From Candidatus Parcubacteria bacterium (GTDB lineage: Bacteria > Patescibacteriota > Minisyncoccia > UBA6257 > HR35), in contig AP024681.1 in the NCBI GenBank assembly GCA_025999335.1, positions 615,610 through 679,609 on the forward strand: DNA of 64,000 nucleotides, in the 5' to 3' direction. The notes below the pieces were generated by a model. It worked only from the letters and a program-made list of their open reading frames with translations. It searched no databases and was not told the DNA's origin. How positions within the stretch are numbered: position 1 is the first letter of the stretch; each line of letters starts with the position of its first letter. Made by a program: the position numbers and the translations under genes. This document shows positions 47,676 through 57,540 of the stretch, piece by piece.

Positions 47676-47700
47676 AACCGCAAGTTTGCGGGGATTTTAT
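47676..47700 (+). terminator. Rho-independent terminator
   Basis: CCGCAA-gt-TTGCGG followed by GGATTTTATTTATATTTTT. Confidence 0.5.
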
Positions 47701-47784
47701 TTATATTTTTAATCTTTAAAATACTATTCATGATTTTATTAATTTTCTTGAGATTATTTTATAATAAATAAAAAGTAAAATAAT

Positions 47785-48399
47785 ATGTATAACATCCTTA
47801 TTTTTGGTGATAGTATAGCAGCGGGTAGAAAAATAAATAAAATAAAGTCGTGGCCATCTCTTTTAGCTCAATTTCTTGATAAGAAAGATAAAGATTTTAC
47901 GCTCGTTCATAATTTAAGTATTCCCGGAGATTCAAGTAATGATGTTTTAAAAAGATTCTCCGTAGAAGCTGAGGCAAGATGTAAAAAAATTTATCCTGAT
48001 GATCGTTGTTCGATTATTTTTACTATAGGTATAAATGATACAAAATGTATTAATTCTGTAAACAATCCTGTTACAAATGAAAAAACCTTTCTAAAGAATA
48101 TAATTTCGCTTATTGAAAGGGCACAAAAATACACTAACCATATTATTTTTGTTGGCTTAACTCCAGTTGATGAAAGTAAAACAATTTCTTTAGATGGTGT
48201 TTATTTTTTTAATGAAAAAATAAAAGCATATGAAAAAATAATCCAAGATGAATGTAAAAAAAGAAAAATTGTGTTTTTAGATATTGTTAATGAGTGGTTA
48301 AAATCCAATTATTTGAGATTTCTTTCAAATGACGGAATCCATCCTAATGAGAAGGGGCATCAAAAAATTTTCAAAAAAGTGAAGATATTATTTAAATAA
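47785..48399 (+). CDS. SGNH/GDSL-family hydrolase
   Basis: 'ILIFGDSIAAG' (block I Ser), 'GINDT', C-terminal 'DGIHPNEKGHQ' (Asp-His). Confidence 0.7.
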   Translation: MYNILIFGDSIAAGRKINKIKSWPSLLAQFLDKKDKDFTLVHNLSIPGDSSNDVLKRFSVEAEARCKKIYPDDRCSIIFTIGINDTKCINSVNNPVTNEKTFLKNIISLIERAQKYTNHIIFVGLTPVDESKTISLDGVYFFNEKIKAYEKIIQDECKKRKIVFLDIVNEWLKSNYLRFLSNDGIHPNEKGHQKIFKKVKILFK

Positions 48400-48404
48400 A
48401 ATTA

Positions 48405-48926
48405 ATGTTTATTCAAATATTAAATATTTTCAAAAGACCCGTTTATTTAATTTCTTGGATATTTTTGACTTTCATTTTTGTTACTTTTTTCATAATAGTT
48501 CAAATTTATTTTACGCCTGATTATCGAGCCAATCCTGAACTTATATTTTTAGTTTTAAAACCAAAAGATTATTTTCTTTTGACTACTTTTGCTTTTTTAA
48601 TTGCTTTAAATTTTGTTTTGTCTGTTTACACTTTTAGATTGACAAATAAAATATTTGATTCCAGTAAATCTTTAATTCAAAACATACCAGCAGTTTTTTC
48701 TTCGTTATTTACTGGCATTATTGCAACTGCTTTTTGTACTTCTTGTTTAGTTTCAGTTTTAAGTTTTTTAGGAACATCTACTGCTTTTGGTTTAACTCTT
48801 TTTTCTTTAAAATACAAAAGCTGGATAATTTTAGGAAATTTCATATTTTTAATCCTGTTAACTTTTTATAATTTGAAAAATATCAGTAAAATTGTGAATA
48901 AAAACGAAAAAGAGTGTAATTGCTAA
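48405..48926 (+). CDS. Hypothetical multi-pass membrane protein
   Basis: ORF; TM helices. Confidence 0.3.
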   Translation: MFIQILNIFKRPVYLISWIFLTFIFVTFFIIVQIYFTPDYRANPELIFLVLKPKDYFLLTTFAFLIALNFVLSVYTFRLTNKIFDSSKSLIQNIPAVFSSLFTGIIATAFCTSCLVSVLSFLGTSTAFGLTLFSLKYKSWIILGNFIFLILLTFYNLKNISKIVNKNEKECNC

Positions 48927-49276
48927 AATAAATTAAACACCTTAGATTTAATTTATTGATTGAAACTTTTTTAATTTTTAAAGGAAACGAGAAAAATATT
49001 ACAAAAGATATTTACTTTTAAATAGAAGGCTATAAAAACAAAAGAATAAAAAAACAAAAAGTTAAATTGTTACAAATTAATTGTTATAAGTAGGTTCAAT
49101 CGAAAAAATGTTCATAATCTTTATAAAAAATTTGGCTTTAAAAAATGTGGTTATGAATTTAGAATGAATTTTTAAGTTATATTTATTTTTTTAGAAAAGT
49201 AAAAAAAATAAAACTGAAAAAATAAAAGAAAAGATGCAGTTTTTGTAAAATAGATTAAATTAGTATAATAAATATA

Positions 49277-49855
49277 ATGAATCCAGAAAATCCAAATTTT
49301 ATAGATAAAAATTCTAAGTGGGAGGAAGAAAGAAATGAAGTTAATAAAATAGTTGATAGACTTGGCAATCCAATTGATGAAGGTATTAAGGAAACTGTAA
49401 TTGCTCTTAGAATTTTTGGACTCGAGACGACAGGTTCTTGTGAAGGACATTTGGAAAGAGGGTTACCTTATCCTTGGGTTGATATTGGTACTGATCCTCC
49501 CGAAGATTGGGATCCTAATATTCAAGATGAAACACAAAGAAAAATTGAAGCAGAATGGAAGAGAAAAAATTTTCAACAGAGAGAAAAAATAATCGATCTT
49601 CTTAATGAATTTTATCGTAAAAGATTAGAACAAGGAGAATTTGATTATCAATCTCAATTAATTATAAGTGATATAGGAATTTTTGGCGGTTTTAGGTTTC
49701 AGAGTTTAGGTGCGTCAACATTTGAATTAAAGGTAGAAAGATTGAGATCGGAGGCTGAAGAGATCGCTCCAGAAATTCAACAGGAATTCGAACGCTATCG
49801 ACAAGAAATGCAATCCTTTACGCAATTTTTAAAAAAGAAATTTTTTGAGAATTAA
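49277..49855 (+). CDS. Hypothetical protein (acidic, locally higher GC)
   Basis: ORF; no motif. Confidence 0.35.
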   Translation: MNPENPNFIDKNSKWEEERNEVNKIVDRLGNPIDEGIKETVIALRIFGLETTGSCEGHLERGLPYPWVDIGTDPPEDWDPNIQDETQRKIEAEWKRKNFQQREKIIDLLNEFYRKRLEQGEFDYQSQLIISDIGIFGGFRFQSLGASTFELKVERLRSEAEEIAPEIQQEFERYRQEMQSFTQFLKKKFFEN

Positions 49856-50104
49856 ATTCTGAAATAATAAGTTTTAAATCTATCTGTTAGCATATATTGT
49901 TAATCAGATTAAAAGTTGTTGTATTTATTTATTTTAATCTATATTAAAATTAGCATTATATTTATTATGTTTTTGTTTGCAATATTTTTAAATAAGTTTA
50001 CAATAAATAAGTTTTTGTAATTTATAGATAAATAACTAATAAGAAGTTTTATTATTAAAATTGGAAAATAAAAATATCATTGAATTTTAGTTTAAAATTT
50101 AATT

Positions 50105-51490
50105 ATGAATAGAATATTCTTAATCAATTTATTATTTTTATTTTTTAATATTGTTACTGCTCAAAATTATGTTTTATTTGTAAGCGATGCAAATCCTTCT
50201 CAAGGTGATACTTTAATTATAAAATTAACCTTACCCACTAATACAAACATAAAAAGTGCTTTTTTGGATAAAGAAAAAATTAATTTTGTGAATATAAATA
50301 ATAATATTTTAACAGCATTTATAGGCATTAATGCAAAGCAAAAGCCAGGAATTGCTAAATTAAGCATTCAGTTAAGCAATAATCAAGTTCTAACTAAAAA
50401 TATTATAATAAAATCGAAAAATTTTCCTATTACTAAATTACAAACAACGCCTGAATTGGAAAAAAAAGGTTTTACGTCTGCAAAAATTGTTGAGAATTTG
50501 ATCAAAGAGAACAAACTTGTTTCTACTATTACTTCAAAATTTACAAATAAACTATATTTTAATCAAACATTTGGCTATCCTTTAGACAAAATGATTGTTG
50601 TTGGTGATTATGGTAATATAAGAAAAAATAATTATGATGAAGTTCAGCATTTAGGCATAGATCTTGATGGTCAACTAGGAGACGCTGTTTATGCAATTAA
50701 TAATGGTAAAGTTGTTTTAGCTAGAGAATTAATTAATTATGGTAAGACTGTTATTATTGATCACGGAGTTGGTATCTTTTCTTTATATCTTCATTTAAAT
50801 AAAATTAATGTTTGGGAAGGCAAAGATGTTAAAAAAGGTCAAAAGATCGGAGAAGTAGGTAATACTGGTTATTCTCTTGGTCCTCATCTACATTTATCTA
50901 TAAAAATTAATAATAATTCAGTTGATCCATTAAAGTTTTTTTCTATTATGAATAATTTTTTAAATTCTTATCCAAGCGAAAACAAATCAAGCAATAATGA
51001 CTCTGCTTTAAACATAAATAATAATATAATCTTAAAAAAGATAAGCTGGGGTTTTGAAAATACTAATAAACGTTATATTGATACTATTATTATTCATTCT
51101 TCATACAATCCTTTTGATAATGATTATTATAATGTAGATAAAATTTTAGATATTTATAAAGATTATGATGTGTCTGCTCATTATTTAATTGATCGTCAAG
51201 GAAAAATTTATAAATTAGTTGAAGAAAAAAACATAGCCTATCATGCCGGTAAAAGTAAAATGCCTGATGGAAGGATTAATGTTAATTATTTTTCTATTGG
51301 TATAGAATTAATTTATCATAAAAATGAAACTCCTAACGAATACCAATATCAAAGTTTAAATAAATTAATAAAGGATATTAAAAATCGCTATCAAATAAAA
51401 TATATTTTAGGACACAAAGATATCGCCCCTCAAAGGAAAGATGATCCATGGAATTTTGACTGGAATAAAGCAAAGAATAATGACAATTAA
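50105..51490 (+). CDS. Bifunctional peptidoglycan hydrolase: M23 (LytM) peptidase domain plus N-acetylmuramoyl-L-alanine amidase (Amidase_2/PGRP) domain
   Basis: M23 'HLGIDLDG...GNTGYSLGPHLHLSI'; amidase 'IIIHSS', 'AYHAG', 'SIGIELI', 'GHKDIAP'. Confidence 0.75.
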   Translation: MNRIFLINLLFLFFNIVTAQNYVLFVSDANPSQGDTLIIKLTLPTNTNIKSAFLDKEKINFVNINNNILTAFIGINAKQKPGIAKLSIQLSNNQVLTKNIIIKSKNFPITKLQTTPELEKKGFTSAKIVENLIKENKLVSTITSKFTNKLYFNQTFGYPLDKMIVVGDYGNIRKNNYDEVQHLGIDLDGQLGDAVYAINNGKVVLARELINYGKTVIIDHGVGIFSLYLHLNKINVWEGKDVKKGQKIGEVGNTGYSLGPHLHLSIKINNNSVDPLKFFSIMNNFLNSYPSENKSSNNDSALNINNNIILKKISWGFENTNKRYIDTIIIHSSYNPFDNDYYNVDKILDIYKDYDVSAHYLIDRQGKIYKLVEEKNIAYHAGKSKMPDGRINVNYFSIGIELIYHKNETPNEYQYQSLNKLIKDIKNRYQIKYILGHKDIAPQRKDDPWNFDWNKAKNNDN

Positions 51491-51555
51491 ATAATGCTAA
51501 ATTAATTTTAATGTTTTACAAGTATTAAAATAATCATCAATTAATATAAATAAAA

Positions 51556-51864
51556 ATGATTTTAGTTTACATAACAAATCCAGATAAAAAGACAGCTTTA
51601 AAAGTTAGCAAATATTTACTTGAAAAAAGACTTGTTGCTTGTATTAATATTTTTAAAATTCAAAGTTTGTATTGGTGGAAAGGAAAGATTGAAGATGCTA
51701 ATGAATATGTTGTGATTGCTAAAACAATTTCTAGAAATTATTCAAAAATAGAAAAAGAAATAAGGAAAATTCATCCTTATAAAATTCCATGCATAATGAA
51801 AATTAAAGTCGATAAAATTAATAAAGATTATTTAAATTGGCTTTTAAATAATATAAAATCATAA
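51556..51864 (+). CDS. cutA: CutA1 divalent-cation tolerance protein
   Basis: 'ILVYITNPDKKTALKVSKYLLEKRLVACINIF..IQSLYWWKGKIEDANEYVVIAKT'. Confidence 0.7.
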   Translation: MILVYITNPDKKTALKVSKYLLEKRLVACINIFKIQSLYWWKGKIEDANEYVVIAKTISRNYSKIEKEIRKIHPYKIPCIMKIKVDKINKDYLNWLLNNIKS

Positions 51865-51866
51865 AA

Positions 51867-52283
51867 ATGAATTGGATATTTTTCGCTTTATTTTCAGCAA
51901 TAACTGCAGCTTTGGTAGCAATTTTTGGCAAAATGGGAATTGATCATGTGGATATAACTTTAGCGACAACTATTAGAGTAATTATTATGGCATTATTGTT
52001 AATTATGATTTCAATTTTATCAGGCAAATTTCAGCTTTTGAATACAATTGACAATAAAGCTTTAGGTTATATTTTTTTAGCAGGAATCTCGGGTGCTTTA
52101 TCATGGCTTGCTTATTTTTTAGCATTAAAACTTGGACCTGCTTCTGGAGTTGCCGCTTTAGATAGATTAAGTGTTGTTTTTGTTTTGATTTTTTCAATTT
52201 TATTTTTAGCTGAAGAATTAACATTATTTAAATTATTAGGAGCAATTTTGATAACAATCGGAGCAATTTTGATGATTTTATAA
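51867..52283 (+). CDS. EamA-like (DMT superfamily) small membrane transporter
   Basis: 138 aa, 4-5 TM, EamA-like helices. Confidence 0.45.
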   Translation: MNWIFFALFSAITAALVAIFGKMGIDHVDITLATTIRVIIMALLLIMISILSGKFQLLNTIDNKALGYIFLAGISGALSWLAYFLALKLGPASGVAALDRLSVVFVLIFSILFLAEELTLFKLLGAILITIGAILMIL

Positions 52284-52315
52284 AAATTTTTTTTAATTTA
52301 TGTTTTTTTCTTCAA

Positions 52316-53113
52316 GTGATAGCTGGTGGCAAAAAAATTTTTAATGAAAATTATTTAAAAACTTATGTTGATATGATAACTCCACAAAGAACTGAAAAAG
52401 AAGTTAGTTTTCTTTTAAAATTTATAAAGGAAAAATTTAAAAATAAAAAGATTAAAATTTTAGATTTAGCTTGCGGTTATGGAAGACATTCAATTCCTTT
52501 AGCTCAAGCAGGGTATTTAGTAACAGGTGTTGATTATTCAGATTATTTTTTGAGATTGGCTAAAAAAGAAGCTAAAAAATTAAAACTTAAAAATGTTGAA
52601 TTTATAAAGAAAGATATGAGAAAAATTGATTTCAAAAATGAATTTGATCTGGTGATTAATATGTTTACTTCATTTGGCTATTTTGAAAATGAAAATGATA
52701 ATATTTTGATTCTTAAAAAAGTTTATCAAGCATTAAAAAAGAAAGAATATTTTATTTTTGATTTAGACAATTATCATCAAAGAATTGATTGGCTTATTAA
52801 GGAAGGTAAGCGGGTTGACGGTTTTTTGATAGTTTCTCGAACAGTTAAACAATCAAACGGACTTGAAGTAACAACAACTTATGGACTTAATCCACTAGAA
52901 TTAAAAGCTTTTATAGAAAGAAAATGGATTGAAGGTAAAGCTAAAAGTTATAAAGGAATTTATCTTCTCTATCCTCTAAATGAAATTTGTAATTATTTAA
53001 AATTATTAAATTTTAAAATTGAAAAATTTTATGGAGATTTTGATGGCAGGAAATTTACTTTTGATTCTTTACGAATGATTATTGTAGCTAAAAAAGTTAA
53101 TAAATTATTATAA
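52316..53113 (+). CDS. Class I SAM-dependent methyltransferase
   Basis: Motif I 'ILDLACGYGRHSIPLAQAGYLVTGVDYS'; 'DLVINMFTSFGYF'. Confidence 0.7.
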   Translation: MIAGGKKIFNENYLKTYVDMITPQRTEKEVSFLLKFIKEKFKNKKIKILDLACGYGRHSIPLAQAGYLVTGVDYSDYFLRLAKKEAKKLKLKNVEFIKKDMRKIDFKNEFDLVINMFTSFGYFENENDNILILKKVYQALKKKEYFIFDLDNYHQRIDWLIKEGKRVDGFLIVSRTVKQSNGLEVTTTYGLNPLELKAFIERKWIEGKAKSYKGIYLLYPLNEICNYLKLLNFKIEKFYGDFDGRKFTFDSLRMIIVAKKVNKLL

Positions 53114-53806
53114 AGCTACTTTCAAATTATTGGTAACCAAAACAATATTTTTACTTTTTAAATCGAGATAAATTTGAATTGCTTTTATTTGAACTCCTCT
53201 ATTTTTTGCAATTTGAAGTAATTCGTAAATTTTTTCATCGGCATTTTTGTTTGGCTTAAAGGCTTTGATATTTTTCATACCAGCAATAAAAAGAATAATT
53301 GAGTTTTTAGGATGATTTATAAGTTCTTTGATGTGTTTTTGACCTCTTAAAGAATGGCAATCAGGATACATTGCAAAATAATTTTCTTTCATCACAGCAC
53401 TTTTTATTTCTAAATAATATTTTTTATTTTTGCGTTGAATTAAATAATCAATTAAAGAATTGCCCAATCTATAATTTCTTTTCAAAATTTTTGCTCCCTT
53501 AAGCCAAGAAATTAAACCTTTTTCTAAACCAATTTCAAAACATTTCATTTGTAAATTTGTATCAATTATACTTGCTGAATTTTTGTCTTCTTTTACAAAA
53601 GAGAGACGATATTTTGTCTTTTGAGGTATTTTCAAAGGTAAAAGATGCCCGATTTTATTTTTAACTAAAAATTCTTCTAATCTTCCAGTATTGTTTAATG
53701 AAGCTTTTGTGATTTTATTGTCAATTTTTATTTTAACTACAAATCTATTTAATCTTTCTATTATTTGGCACGGAACAATCGAAGAAATTTTTAAAACTGT
53801 TTTCAT
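53108..53806 (-). CDS. sfsA: SfsA-family (sugar fermentation stimulation) nuclease-like protein
   Basis: 'CQIIERLNRFVVKIKID.KITKASLNNTGRLEEFL' matches the SfsA N-terminal OB region 'RyKRFLADV...aHCpNTGsM'. Confidence 0.6.
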   Translation of the reverse strand: MKTVLKISSIVPCQIIERLNRFVVKIKIDNKITKASLNNTGRLEEFLVKNKIGHLLPLKIPQKTKYRLSFVKEDKNSASIIDTNLQMKCFEIGLEKGLISWLKGAKILKRNYRLGNSLIDYLIQRKNKKYYLEIKSAVMKENYFAMYPDCHSLRGQKHIKELINHPKNSIILFIAGMKNIKAFKPNKNADEKIYELLQIAKNRGVQIKAIQIYLDLKSKNIVLVTNNLKVAL

Positions 53807-54231
53807 AATTTTTTATTGTTGTGAAAATATATATTTATTATTTACAATTATAAGAAAACTATAGTTTAAAACATAAACATTTAGTTAAAAAATGAAATTA
53901 AAAATTTTAAGAATTTTAGAATTGTTTCTTCCTAAAACATTAAAAACTTAGACAAAAAAGAAATTATGTTAAAGTTAGAACTTAACTGAATTATTATTAA
54001 TAAACAATTTCAAAAATAAAAAATAATCAATTTAATTTTATATTTTTTAAATTTATTAGCACTAAATAAAAAAATAAACTCTAAAAATATATAACAATTT
54101 TCTGAATTTCAAACTATTAGAAGCATTTATTAACTAATTTTTTACAATTTTTGCTATAATTATGAATATAAATAAATTAATTAACCTATAAAGAAAGATC
54201 CTTTATTACTTGATTATATCAATTTACCTTT

Positions 54232-54612
54232 ATGTTAAAGGTCGATAAATTAACTCCGATTTCTTTATTATAAAAGAAAGCGAATTCGAACGTTTTGGTA
54301 AAAGAGGAGGCGAAGGACAACTCCAAGAAGATAAGCTACAAGATCTTATTAATGAAATAAACGAGCGCGCAAAAGGAGCTCCGGAAAAAGTAAGGGAATG
54401 AGTTGAAAAAGTTTTTATCGAAAATTTAAAGGCATATAATAATATAAATTATGCAATTAGGACTTAGAAGGTATAAGAAACGATTTTCGTATGATAGTTA
54501 ACGAACCAAAAAAAGCAGAAGAAGTTGGCTTAATGCAGTATTATAAAGATTGGGAAGTTGAAGATATAGAAAAGCTTTACTGGGTACTTTATGGAGAAAA
54601 TTTAGAAGAATG
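54232..54612 (+). pseudogene. Possible decayed gene (several short coding-like frames, higher GC) within an 835-bp ORF-free region
   Basis: Frames read KESEFERFGKRGGEGQLQEDKLQDLINEINERAKGAPEKVRE and VNEPKKAEEVGLMQYYKDWEVEDIEKLYWVLYGENLEE, interrupted by stops or frameshifts. Confidence 0.2.
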
Positions 54613-54641
54613 ATAAAAATTAAAGTTATTATAATCAAACA

Positions 54642-55886
54642 TTGATAATGAATCCAGAAACCTACAAACCATCGCAAGAAAATCAACCAATAGATTCACG
54701 TAAATTAAGCGAAAAAAATACTGAAAAATGGATTGAGGTTGCTCAAGAGAGATTAGAAGAAATTAGCTTGCCAGAAGATTTAATAAAAATTATTAAAGAA
54801 TCTTTAAACATTCCGCAATTAGGACCTTATCATAATGAAGGTCCTATAATGGCTGCTCATCTTGGTTTAATGGTTCAATCTTTAGAAGAAATTAAAGAAA
54901 AATCTTTTAATTTCAGTATTTTAAAGATACCTTCTAATGAAATTCTTAGAAACCATATTATTAATATTTTAACAACCACTGCTAAAAAATCATTTGAACA
55001 ATTATTACTGTTTATTTATCTTCATGATATCGGCAAATCTAATTGTATGGTTATCATAGATAATCAAAAAAGACAAATTCCTTTTAATATGGGAAAATGG
55101 CAAGAATACTTACAGCAAGTCAAAGGCAATAGATATGCAGCCTTAAAAAAATTAAAAACTGAAGGCTATGAACAAATTAGCTATCGAACTGATGATAAAG
55201 ATCACGGTGAGGAGGGAGTAAGGATTATTCAAGAACTTGCAAGAACTAACGAAAAACTTTATAATTTCATTGAAGAAAATAACCAGCTTTTAAGTATAAT
55301 TTCAAATCACGAAGCATATTTTCAAGTATTTAGTCAAAGCAGTTCAGCTAAAAATTTTGAAAAATTACTTCGGCTATTAAACTTAATAGATGATAATGGA
55401 AATATAGTCAATGAAGAAAATCTTAATTTGTTTTTTACTGCTTGTTTTCTTGGTATTGCTGGGTCTTTAAACAAAAAAGGGGAGTCTGATTTTAATGGTT
55501 TTATAAATATGGTGGTAGCTTGGGAATGTTACAAACTTATTGATAAATTTTTGCGAGAACTCGAAGTAGACGAAAACAAAAAACAGCATATAAAAGAACG
55601 ATTAATCAATCTTAGCTCTATAGAAGATGTGAATAAAAAAATACAAGAAATTAAAAATGAAGAAAAATTAAAAACGGTAAAATTTAACGATGAAGATATC
55701 GAAGAAATTATACAGCAAGCTATTACAAATAAAATTATAAAATTAGAAGACAAAGAAAGACTTAGAGAAATAATGACAAGGAGTAATGCTAGTGAAAATA
55801 TTTTTGCTTTTTTAGGACAAAATTTACCTAAAGAATGGAAACGCCTGATTCCTCAAATTAGAGAATTTTTATTAAAAAAAATATAA
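54642..55886 (+). CDS. HD-domain-like phosphohydrolase-family protein (tentative)
   Basis: 'IYLHDIGKS' HD motif. Confidence 0.4.
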   Translation: MIMNPETYKPSQENQPIDSRKLSEKNTEKWIEVAQERLEEISLPEDLIKIIKESLNIPQLGPYHNEGPIMAAHLGLMVQSLEEIKEKSFNFSILKIPSNEILRNHIINILTTTAKKSFEQLLLFIYLHDIGKSNCMVIIDNQKRQIPFNMGKWQEYLQQVKGNRYAALKKLKTEGYEQISYRTDDKDHGEEGVRIIQELARTNEKLYNFIEENNQLLSIISNHEAYFQVFSQSSSAKNFEKLLRLLNLIDDNGNIVNEENLNLFFTACFLGIAGSLNKKGESDFNGFINMVVAWECYKLIDKFLRELEVDENKKQHIKERLINLSSIEDVNKKIQEIKNEEKLKTVKFNDEDIEEIIQQAITNKIIKLEDKERLREIMTRSNASENIFAFLGQNLPKEWKRLIPQIREFLLKKI

Positions 55887-56053
55887 AAATTCATTTAATC
55901 TTAAAATTAAAGTTTAAAATAGCGAAGAAATTATAAAGGTTTGATTTTACAAAAAATTTAACTATGGCTAATATTTGTTAAAAAAGTTTTATATTTTTAG
56001 TTTTTAGTTAATCAAAGTGAATATTGATTTTATTATTAAACCATATAAGAAAA

Positions 56054-57457
56054 TTAAAGCTTTTGAGTAATTTTAATAATATTCATATTTTTTCTATCAT
56101 AAACATAATAAATTACATATTTACTATCTGAAGAAAATGCTAAATAAGGTAATATGTAAGGTAATATGTATTCAAATTTTTCTCCTTCTATACCATCAAC
56201 AACAATAAAATTCTGACTATCTTTGCTACTTACTATATAAGCAAAATGCTTGCCATTAGGAGAAAAAGAAAAAAATTTTATATCTTCTGCATCCGGCTCT
56301 TTTTTTTCTTGACCGTCAATTACTATAAAAGAATTATTATCTTTGTAAGCTATATAAGCAAAATGTTTGCTATCTTTAGAAAAATATAAATTCGATATAG
56401 AATCATATTTTGTTTGTTCTTTGTTATTAAGTACTACAAATGCTTTTTTATTTTGAACAGCTACATAAGCAAAATGCTTGCTGTCAGGAGAGAAAGTTAA
56501 AGAAGATACAAGATCATATTTTTTACCTTCTTTACCGTCAAAAATAACGAAATTTTTATTGTCTTTATTGGCAACATAGGCAAAATGTTTACCATTGGGA
56601 GAAAAAATCAATTTATAAATAATAGAATCAGTTTTTTCTTTATTATCTGATATTACGATTTCTTGATTATCTAAAACAAGATAATATTTTTTACATTTTG
56701 CCGTACCTGGATAATGGTTATCGTTTAAACAATTTTGACCTTTTATATAAGCAAAATGTTTACTATCAGGAGAAAAAGTTAAAGAAGATATAAAATCATA
56801 TTTTTTACCTTCTTTACCGTCAACGACAATAAATTGTTTACCATCTTTAGTGGCTATATAAGCAAAATGCTTGCTGTCAGGAGAGAAAGTTAAAGAATAT
56901 ACAAGATCATATTTTTTACCTTCTTTACCGTCAAGAACTACTGCTGCTGTATTGTTTACAAACACTGCATAAGCAAGACGTTTGCTATTAGGAGAAAATA
57001 TTATTGGATACACATGTTCATACTTATATTTTTTTATTTCTTTATTATCTAAAACAACAAAGCGACTACCAAACTCTTCTGCTACATAAGCAAAATGCTT
57101 ACTGTCAGGAGAGAAAGTTATTGTATAAAAAAGTATGTAGTCATATTCTTTCCCTTTTTTATAATCATCTAAAATTATAAAATACTTATTTGTGTTTGTT
57201 TTTACAATAATAGCCGAACGTTTAGAATTATCAGCAATTCGTAGATATGTAGGATACAAATCATTAAAATTAAGCTTATATATTATTTCTTTTGTGATTT
57301 TTTGATTAAGATCATCTGTTTTTTGTTTAGTTAAATTTATTAATTGTTCACTATTATTAGATGTTGAAAATTGTTGCGCCGATGTCGGATTATAATTACG
57401 AGTAAAGATAAACAATAATAAGAAAATTAAAAACAATATTCTTTTATGCTTATACAT
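56054..57457 (-). CDS. Secreted tandem-repeat (beta-propeller-like, PD40/TolB-like) protein
   Basis: Signal peptide; about nine repeats of 'TFSPDSKHFAYIA.KDGK.FIVVDGKEGKKYD'; the repeats are also near-identical at the DNA level. Confidence 0.5.
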   Translation of the reverse strand: MYKHKRILFLIFLLLFIFTRNYNPTSAQQFSTSNNSEQLINLTKQKTDDLNQKITKEIIYKLNFNDLYPTYLRIADNSKRSAIIVKTNTNKYFIILDDYKKGKEYDYILFYTITFSPDSKHFAYVAEEFGSRFVVLDNKEIKKYKYEHVYPIIFSPNSKRLAYAVFVNNTAAVVLDGKEGKKYDLVYSLTFSPDSKHFAYIATKDGKQFIVVDGKEGKKYDFISSLTFSPDSKHFAYIKGQNCLNDNHYPGTAKCKKYYLVLDNQEIVISDNKEKTDSIIYKLIFSPNGKHFAYVANKDNKNFVIFDGKEGKKYDLVSSLTFSPDSKHFAYVAVQNKKAFVVLNNKEQTKYDSISNLYFSKDSKHFAYIAYKDNNSFIVIDGQEKKEPDAEDIKFFSFSPNGKHFAYIVSSKDSQNFIVVDGIEGEKFEYILPYILPYLAFSSDSKYVIYYVYDRKNMNIIKITQKL

Positions 57458-57540
57458 TATATATTTATATTAATAATTTTATTTTACTTACCTTATTAAT
57501 TAGATTATAAACAAAATTTTAATTATTAGAAAAAATTTTT

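Noticed and set aside
49172-49592. ORFs 49172..49450 (-) and 49401..49592 (+)
   Set aside because: They overlap the better-supported 49277..49855 gene in other frames.
52003-52224. 73-aa - strand ORF
   Set aside because: Antisense in the EamA-like gene.
54498-54686. 62-aa - strand ORF
   Set aside because: Overlaps the start of the HD-like gene and the pseudogene region; hydrophobic low-complexity.
55529-55753. 74-aa - strand ORF
   Set aside because: Antisense in 54642..55886.
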